Positions 58,338 to 64,000 of a DNA stretch of 64,000 bases are shown in pieces; the stretch's first letter is position 1, and the number at the start of each line of letters is the position of its first letter. The position numbers and the translations under genes are program-made. The DNA lies in NCBI GenBank assembly GCA_014297435.1, contig JACOQA010000003.1, positions 143,460 through 207,459 on the forward strand, in the 5' to 3' direction. The notes under the pieces were generated by a model. It was given only the letters and a program-made list of their open reading frames with translations, ran no database searches and had not been told where the DNA came from. The DNA comes from Candidatus Nanohaloarchaea archaeon. Lineage in GTDB: Archaea; Nanohalarchaeota; Nanosalinia; Nanosalinales; Nanosalinaceae.

Positions 58338-59495
58338 ATGCATTTGTCTGACTGGGTTCAAAGGATCGATCTGGGGAAAGAAATCCAGGAAGTTTATCTA
58401 CACTCGTTCCTCTTCAAGCTAGGTATCAAACTTGTATCGATCTTTCTCCCTCTTTACATACTTGAGCTTGGATACAGTATAGAGATGGTTGTACTTTTCT
58501 TCATGACCTACTATGGAGGCTACCTATTTTTTAGCCTGATAAACGCCAAGATAGTTTCAAAAGTAGGTTACAAACATGCTTCTTTGCTTGCAAGCCCGTT
58601 CATACTCCTCTTCTACCTTGGACTTAGAAATCTATCAGGTAGCGGTCCATCACTCTACATAATGGCTCTTCTTGGAGGTTTTGCGTTCAATCTTTACTGG
58701 ACAGGCATGAACCCGGAGGTTGCAAGCAGCAGCCATAGTGAGGACCGTGAAAAAGAAACAGGCTTTTTCTTCTCAATGCCCTCTCTTGCCTCAATATTCT
58801 CACCTGTAGTTGGAGGTTTGATACTTGCCGTATTCGGATTCCCTACCTTGTTTCTTTTCACAGCGTCCATCGTTGGGTCGTCTTTTCTCCCGTTCTTATT
58901 CTCGGACGAACACAGAGACGGTATGGATTACAGCATACTAGAATTTATCTCTGAAGCAGAGCTAAGAGACTTCGCCACGTTTGCAGTAAAAGGAGCTAAC
59001 TCTATTGCCAAAAAGGTTCTTTGGCCTCTCTATCTGGCTGTAGTGCTTCAGGGATCGGTTAATATCGGCGGAGCCGGATCCTTTCTATCGCTGGGAAGTG
59101 CCTTCACCTCGGTCATGATAGGAAAACTGCTGACCGAAAGCAACAGAACCCTAGTTATTACAGGGGGAACTGCTGTGGCATCCCTATCATACCTCCTAAT
59201 GTCACTAGTAACAGAGCCGACTGCAGCATTCATGATTTCAGCCCTAAATGGCTTGAGCTACACTGCCATCTCTATCCCCATCTACAGCAAGGCGATGGAC
59301 CACTCTGAACAGAGCGACGTTATAGAGTACTTTGCGCTTAGAGAGATAGCATTATCTATAGGAAGAGTTTCTGCCTTGCTTATACTCCTTGGCGTTATTA
59401 GCTTTCTGCCTCAAGCAGCAGCGTTCAGATACGGGTTCGTATTCTTCGCCGCAGTTGTAATAATTATCGGATTTATGGGAAGCAGGATGGACTAG
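58338..59495 (+). CDS. MFS transporter
   Basis: About 12 TM segments; P.VGGLI motif. Confidence 0.85.
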   Translation: MHLSDWVQRIDLGKEIQEVYLHSFLFKLGIKLVSIFLPLYILELGYSIEMVVLFFMTYYGGYLFFSLINAKIVSKVGYKHASLLASPFILLFYLGLRNLSGSGPSLYIMALLGGFAFNLYWTGMNPEVASSSHSEDREKETGFFFSMPSLASIFSPVVGGLILAVFGFPTLFLFTASIVGSSFLPFLFSDEHRDGMDYSILEFISEAELRDFATFAVKGANSIAKKVLWPLYLAVVLQGSVNIGGAGSFLSLGSAFTSVMIGKLLTESNRTLVITGGTAVASLSYLLMSLVTEPTAAFMISALNGLSYTAISIPIYSKAMDHSEQSDVIEYFALREIALSIGRVSALLILLGVISFLPQAAAFRYGFVFFAAVVIIIGFMGSRMD

Positions 59496-59527
59496 GAGTG
59501 TTAAAGCTTCATCCCGACTGGTTTTCT

Positions 59528-59594
59528 AGATGATGAGGTACTGACATCGTCTGACCTCGACAAGAGGGATGATGACGGTAACACCCACTGATCT
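59528..59594 (+). ncRNA. Box C/D methylation guide sRNA
   Basis: C ATGATGA 59530-36, D' CTGA 59551-54, C' ATGATGA 59569-75, D CTGA 59588-91; terminal AGA/TCT; TATA-like TTAAAG upstream. Confidence 0.85.
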
Positions 59595-59670
59595 CAACGC
59601 TAATTAAAAACTTCCCATCCAATTCTTCGATAGAAGCCAGCAAAGTTTTTCTCAAACGATTATTTCGTTT

Positions 59671-59745
59671 GGTGGAGGTAGGTTAGCTGGTCTATACTCC
59701 GACCTTGTGGCGGTCGGGACGCGGGTTCGAATCCCGCCCTCCGCC
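59671..59745 (+). tRNA. tRNA-His(GTG) with encoded G-1
   Basis: Anticodon arm CGACC-TT-GTG-GC-GGTCG; G-1 pairs with C73. Confidence 0.95.
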
Positions 59746-59933
59746 CTATTACAGACTGATTTCCTCGGAAACTTCTTAGAAAAGATTCAAGAAATTCAAA
59801 CATATGTCTGACTGCTCTCAAAGACCATTTATTATCTAAGAGACTGAGACTGTCGTCAAGAATTGATGAGAAAACGATGATAGAATATACACAAAATATT
59901 CTAGTATCGGAAATCGTTTCAAGGATTCCTGAT

Positions 59934-60482
59934 CTATAGAAGTCCCTCCTCTGTTGCTTTTTCATAAACGCCCTCGGCATACTGGTCAACATCATCCTGT
60001 AGGCTCTCTAGCGCTCTTGGATCCAGCCTATCGTAATCGCTCTCTTCTCTATCCATCGCGAGAATTGGAGCATGTTCCGAACCCCAAAACTCCTCCATAT
60101 CATTTTCAGCGGCAAGAAACATTCCCTCATTTAGTAAATCATCTTCTAAGTTGCTTAAATATTTCTTAGTACGGTCTGCTAGAGATAGGGCTTCAACAGC
60201 CCCTCTTGTGCTCCTAAGAGCTGTTTCTTGCCGGTATTGCTGAGGAAGATCTTCCCCCATCAGCGCATAAGTTACTCCCGTTTCCCAAGTTTCTTGAGGA
60301 TTTAAACCTTCCTCATCAGAAATTCTTACCCTTGCTTTACGGTTTACCTCATCAGATACCTCATCTTGCCTTCTAATTTTTAAAGCCGCTATAACGTTTT
60401 CTGGAGCTATCCCTTCAGGAGTTATTTCCATCTCTTTTTCGTATTTAGGCGACCTTCTAAATTCGGTCCAGTCATTTGTCAT
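59934..60482 (-). CDS. Orphan acidic protein
   Basis: 182-aa ORF with the shared upstream palindrome. Confidence 0.72.
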   Translation of the reverse strand: MTNDWTEFRRSPKYEKEMEITPEGIAPENVIAALKIRRQDEVSDEVNRKARVRISDEEGLNPQETWETGVTYALMGEDLPQQYRQETALRSTRGAVEALSLADRTKKYLSNLEDDLLNEGMFLAAENDMEEFWGSEHAPILAMDREESDYDRLDPRALESLQDDVDQYAEGVYEKATEEGLL

Positions 60483-60487
60483 AGCGT

Positions 60488-60505
60488 TACTACTCTATAG
60501 TAATC
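60488..60505. promoter_or_regulatory. Operator candidate TACTAC-TCTATA-GTAATC
   Basis: Between the minus-strand TATA (60508-60515) and ATG 60482. Confidence 0.5.
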
Positions 60506-60681
60506 TTCTTATACCTTTAATTTACTATCAGTCTATTTGGAAAATCCAAAAAGGGAAAAAACAAGTTACAACATCAAAGTAGACCGAACAGTTTCTTTGG
60601 AGGTGCGCCCTCCGCCCTCGCAATTTTGGTTTTTCAGAATAATTAGTTCTCTTTAATATCTTAATATCTGTTTGTTGTCAG

Positions 60682-60903
60682 TTACTGGCTGACAAAGTAG
60701 GCTCCAATAATGGCGCTGACCGTTGCGAGGACCACAGATAGAACAATAGCTAAAGCTCCACGTCTCTCATCCCCGTCCATGTACCCTTTCAAACCAGAAA
60801 TCAAACCTATAATACCGAAAACTATGGGAATCACTACTAGCGAAAGCCCTGCAAATATAAGACCTAGATTGGTGTATTTACGACCTTCTGGGCGCTCATC
60901 CAT
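60682..60903 (-). CDS. Small two-TM membrane protein (DUF4190-like)
   Basis: SL...PIVFG..GLI.G..G......RG..A. Confidence 0.7.
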   Translation of the reverse strand: MDERPEGRKYTNLGLIFAGLSLVVIPIVFGIIGLISGLKGYMDGDERRGALAIVLSVVLATVSAIIGAYFVSQ

Positions 60904-60960
60904 AATTTTTAACCGTAATTCCTCGTTTTTATATTATTAAGAGAGCCCGAACATCAAAAT

Positions 60961-61191
60961 TCACCTGTCTTTAGTTTTTAGATATGCCCCCAATATGCCT
61001 AACAAACCGAAGACAATCATGTGTCCTACTGCGAGCCTTAACCTTGCGGGACTGAAAGGCTCTCCCAAGGTGAGTATGCCTCCCCAGATAGGAAAATACT
61101 GGCTCAAAAGAAATCCGACAGCTATACCAATAATCCCAAACCGGATGTATACAGCTCTATCGGAGTCGTACCTGTTTTTTGGAACGAACAC
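60961..61191 (-). CDS. Small two-TM membrane protein
   Basis: Two hydrophobic helices; GTG start. Confidence 0.55.
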   Translation of the reverse strand: MFVPKNRYDSDRAVYIRFGIIGIAVGFLLSQYFPIWGGILTLGEPFSPARLRLAVGHMIVFGLLGILGAYLKTKDR

Positions 61192-61238
61192 ACATTATAC
61201 TAGATTATACAAGTTAAAACTCTCAGGCCAGATATGAT

Positions 61239-61595
61239 TCATTTAATATGGTTCAGGAATACTGTAAGTGTGAATAGCACTAATCCGAAATCTCTAACTG
61301 CTAAAGCATACATACCGATTCTTACGACCTGCAAGGCGATTATCGAAAGCCAGAAAACGGTTAGCCCGGCAAAGTACTTTGTCTTTCTACCATAAACAAG
61401 CCCTGCACCCAGAAACGCCTCAAACAACCCTCCAAGCAGAACAAGGTTCTCGGCTGATATAGGAACTAACTGCAATACCAACCTTGGTTCGTAACCTGTC
61501 CAGTACTCAAGGATAAACAGCTTCGAGAGACCGGCTACGATCATAAATACGCCTAGAAATTTTGCTGGCACATTCTCGGCTTCAATATCAAACAT
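61239..61595 (-). CDS. DoxX family membrane protein
   Basis: LG.F..AG.SK...G.FE..LG...VRD.GL. Confidence 0.8.
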   Translation of the reverse strand: MFDIEAENVPAKFLGVFMIVAGLSKLFILEYWTGYEPRLVLQLVPISAENLVLLGGLFEAFLGAGLVYGRKTKYFAGLTVFWLSIIALQVVRIGMYALAVRDFGLVLFTLTVFLNHIK

Positions 61596-61652
61596 TATTT
61601 TTGTAGTTGGACTCGGAAAGAGTTAAAACCCGCGGTAGACTATTTATCAGTT

Positions 61653-62093
61653 ATGAGAACTGAACTGTTTCTGTTGGCGGCGGTTATCGTGGCATCAGGA
61701 TGTATAGGTCAAAACACTTCTAACACCGATACTACCCCCAAACAGCCAGCAGAGACATCCAGTCCTACTAACATTTCCACAACCAATACTGTCGTTTACT
61801 ACACTGCTTCAGGTTTCCAGCCTCAGACAATAGATATCGAGAAAGGCGACACAGTTACCTGGGTAAACAACGCCTCGACTTCTATGTGGGTTGGTAGTGA
61901 CAGACACCCTACACACACCCAGTATTCGGGAACCAACACTAACGAGCACTGCCAGAGCGGCGATCAAAACCAGCCGGCTTTCGACCAGTGTTCTACAGGA
62001 GAACGTTTCAACTTCACGTTCGAGAAAGAAGGAGAATGGGGCTACCACAACCATAGAGCTGCAGGAGATACTGGAACAGTTGTAGTTAATTAG
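61653..62093 (+). CDS. Cupredoxin/plastocyanin-like lipoprotein
   Basis: Lipobox ASGC; GFQP..I.I.KGDTVTWVN...FTF.KEG.W.YH.H...G.V.V. Confidence 0.85.
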   Translation: MRTELFLLAAVIVASGCIGQNTSNTDTTPKQPAETSSPTNISTTNTVVYYTASGFQPQTIDIEKGDTVTWVNNASTSMWVGSDRHPTHTQYSGTNTNEHCQSGDQNQPAFDQCSTGERFNFTFEKEGEWGYHNHRAAGDTGTVVVN

Positions 62094-62096
62094 AAT

Positions 62097-62627
62097 CTAG
62101 ACCGGTTCAAGTTCTAGAGACCGAACCACTTCTTTCCAACCTCTTCTTTCAGAGTCCGAGACCTCTATTCTAACGCTGTATTCATTCTCTTCACTCGGGT
62201 CGGAAAAAATTCTATCGACTATTGATTTATTTGGGTAGCTTAAGCCTTCACCCCGAACTTCAAGACTGAAGTCTGAACCTCTATCCTCAACCGAAACAAC
62301 AGGATCCAAGTAATCGATCTCACCATGACGCCATTCCTTCTCCTTAGAGACCCAGATGTTGTCCGCAGAACAGCCATTAATCTGGCTCGACATTTTTGTG
62401 AGATGGTCGATTCCGACCCTGTAAACGTTGTTAAATGCGGCAAGCTGTTCCGGAGAACCATTATCTACGATTACAGAAAGATCTTCGACATCGTAGTGCA
62501 GCTCGTATACGTTCATACAGTCCTCTATTTCCCTACCTGCATCGACCATGAAGTCGACAAAACCTTTGACAGGTCTATCTGATCCAGGTAAATCGGTTCT
62601 GTAGGACTGCTCCATATTGTAAGACAT
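62097..62627 (-). CDS. Orphan acidic protein
   Basis: 176-aa ORF with the shared upstream palindrome. Confidence 0.72.
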   Translation of the reverse strand: MSYNMEQSYRTDLPGSDRPVKGFVDFMVDAGREIEDCMNVYELHYDVEDLSVIVDNGSPEQLAAFNNVYRVGIDHLTKMSSQINGCSADNIWVSKEKEWRHGEIDYLDPVVSVEDRGSDFSLEVRGEGLSYPNKSIVDRIFSDPSEENEYSVRIEVSDSERRGWKEVVRSLELEPV

Positions 62628-62631
62628 TTTA

Positions 62632-62649
62632 TGTTACCTTAGAACAACA
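62632..62649. promoter_or_regulatory. Operator candidate TGTTAC-CTTAGA-ACAACA
   Basis: 4 nt from ATG 62627, the same spacing as the site at 461. Confidence 0.6.
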
Positions 62650-62720
62650 ATACTTTTACAGTTTTAGATTAGTTTTTCTGTCTACATCCTTTCTTATCTT
62701 CGGAAACCCAAACAAACTGT

Positions 62721-63377
62721 ATGATAGTTGCAGGCAAGTGCCCGCCCGAAAAGAAAGAACTGGAAGAAACCGAGAAAAAAGGATTCGAAAACATAGAACT
62801 GTTTATAGAGAGGAAGCATCTGGACTCGATGGATAAAACCCTCAAGAACCTGAGAGAATCCTCCTTGAAGACAGTTTCAGTTCACACACCACATGTAACG
62901 CTTGAGGAAGACGAATACCTGAAGAAAGCTGATCGATTAGCTGAAGAACTCAATGCATACCTCGTATTCCACACCGGGAAGTACGTACACTCCGAATACG
63001 AACAGGTCGAAGAACTTGATTTTAAGTCGGAACACGGATACGAGAATCAGCCCGGCGCCAGCATAAGATGTCTCGAAAACTGTGTTCTAAACCGAGATCA
63101 CGAACTCGTACTCGATGTCGCCCACCTATATATAGCCGAGGAAAACTACCTCGAAAGAACAAAATATCTCCTAGAAAACTATCAGGAAAAGATAGAGTTG
63201 ATCCATATGTGCGATTCCACCGAAATTAATGACGGAATTGCTTTCGGAGAAGGAGATCTCGACACGGAAGAATTATCTAAACTAATAAAGTCGAATTTTA
63301 ACGGCATAGTTGTTCTCGAAGTCATGCCGGAAGATCAGGAAGAAGCTCTCAAAAAGTGGCAGTCGTACCAAACCTAA
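62721..63377 (+). CDS. Xylose-isomerase-like TIM barrel (AP endonuclease 2 family)
   Basis: SVHTP, VFH, YEN, LDVAH, IHMCD, VLEV. Confidence 0.85.
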   Translation: MIVAGKCPPEKKELEETEKKGFENIELFIERKHLDSMDKTLKNLRESSLKTVSVHTPHVTLEEDEYLKKADRLAEELNAYLVFHTGKYVHSEYEQVEELDFKSEHGYENQPGASIRCLENCVLNRDHELVLDVAHLYIAEENYLERTKYLLENYQEKIELIHMCDSTEINDGIAFGEGDLDTEELSKLIKSNFNGIVVLEVMPEDQEEALKKWQSYQT

Positions 63378-63395
63378 TTTCAGACCATCACACCC

Positions 63396-63743
63396 TATAT
63401 AAAGTTTTGACCTGAGTGTATGGATGCGGACTGAACACGACATGCGTCGTGTGATGAAAGTCCCAGGGAGTCTGACCCTTTATAAGTTTTAACTCAGACA
63501 GTCATGTTACCCGCCACGGAGACGTGAGGGTGAAAGCCCGGAAGGGCCAAGATGAGCGTATATTATATTTACGTGATGTAGGAGAGACGGACCCGAGTAC
63601 AATTATTGTACTCATTTATTGCATGTAGCACACACTTTTGTGCGGTCGACAGTAGGGATACTGTCGTTTGAGAAGGTCTCTGACCTTCGATATACCCGTC
63701 CAACCCAACTATAAACTCGCTACAGAGTTGATTTTTGTTGGCA
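63396..63743 (+). promoter_or_regulatory. rRNA tandem promoters and 5' external transcribed spacer
   Basis: ACCC-TATATAAAG-TTTT (TATA 63396) and ACCC-TTTATAAG-TTTT (TATA 63479); several hairpins. Confidence 0.75.
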
Positions 63744-64000
63744 ATTCCGGTTGATCCTGCCGGAGGCTACTGCTATCGGAGTCCGATTTAGCCATGCTAG
63801 TCCATCGAGTCTTTGACTCGAGGCAGATAGCTGAGTAACACGTGGCCAACCTGCCCTATGGATGAGGATAACCTCGCTAACGTGAGGCTAATACTCAATA
63901 GCAGACGGAAGTGGAATACTTCCATCTGTGAAATGTTCCGACGCCATAGGATGGGGCCGCGGCTGATTAGGTCGTTGGTGAGGTAACGGCTCACCAAGCC
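63744..64000 (+). rRNA. rrs: 16S rRNA, 5' end (truncated by the window)
   Basis: ATTCCGGTTGATCCTGCCGGAGG archaeal 5' signature; AGCCATGC, GAGTAACACGTGG, GTAACGGCTCACCAAGCC. Confidence 0.98.

Noticed and set aside
63428-63463. Hammerhead ribozyme (CTGA/TGATGA/GAAA-like words)
   Set aside because: The core elements are not in hammerhead order and three stems cannot be formed; a K-turn fits better.
38815-63997. ORFs 38815-39075, 48207-48410, 59660-59995 and 63797-63997
   Set aside because: They overlap tRNA-Glu, tRNA-Leu, tRNA-His and 16S rRNA respectively.

Overview
Chromosomal window of a halophilic DPANN archaeon, most likely Nanohaloarchaeota. This is inferred from the very acidic proteome, archaeal ribosomal proteins, TATA/leaderless promoters, reduced operons, and a 5S gene unlinked from 16S. 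Core content: the spc-type r-protein cluster (rnp1, uS17 to uL15, secY, DUF106, cbf5), the alpha cluster (uS13, uS4, uS11, rpoD, eL18, uL13, uS9, rpoN), seven tRNAs, a stand-alone 5S rRNA, a box C/D guide RNA, and the leader plus 5' end of 16S rRNA. Accessory content: a tyrosine-integrase islet beside tRNA-Gln, a three-gene ATP-citrate-lyase-type module, an RND/ABC/TetR cluster and many orphan acidic proteins. Most notable observations: (1) an 18-bp palindrome, TGTTAC-N6-GTAACA, lies between TATA box and start codon of seven unrelated, dispersed orphan genes, suggesting an undescribed regulon; (2) tRNA-Gln(TTG) has a D-loop intron plus an apparently nested anticodon-loop intron stack; (3) a ~130-nt structured RNA with its own promoter sits upstream of uS17; (4) two paralogous coiled-coil/OB-fold-like proteins differ greatly in rod length; (5) uL24 carries a long appended domain. 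All calls come from reading the sequence by eye; no searches were run.
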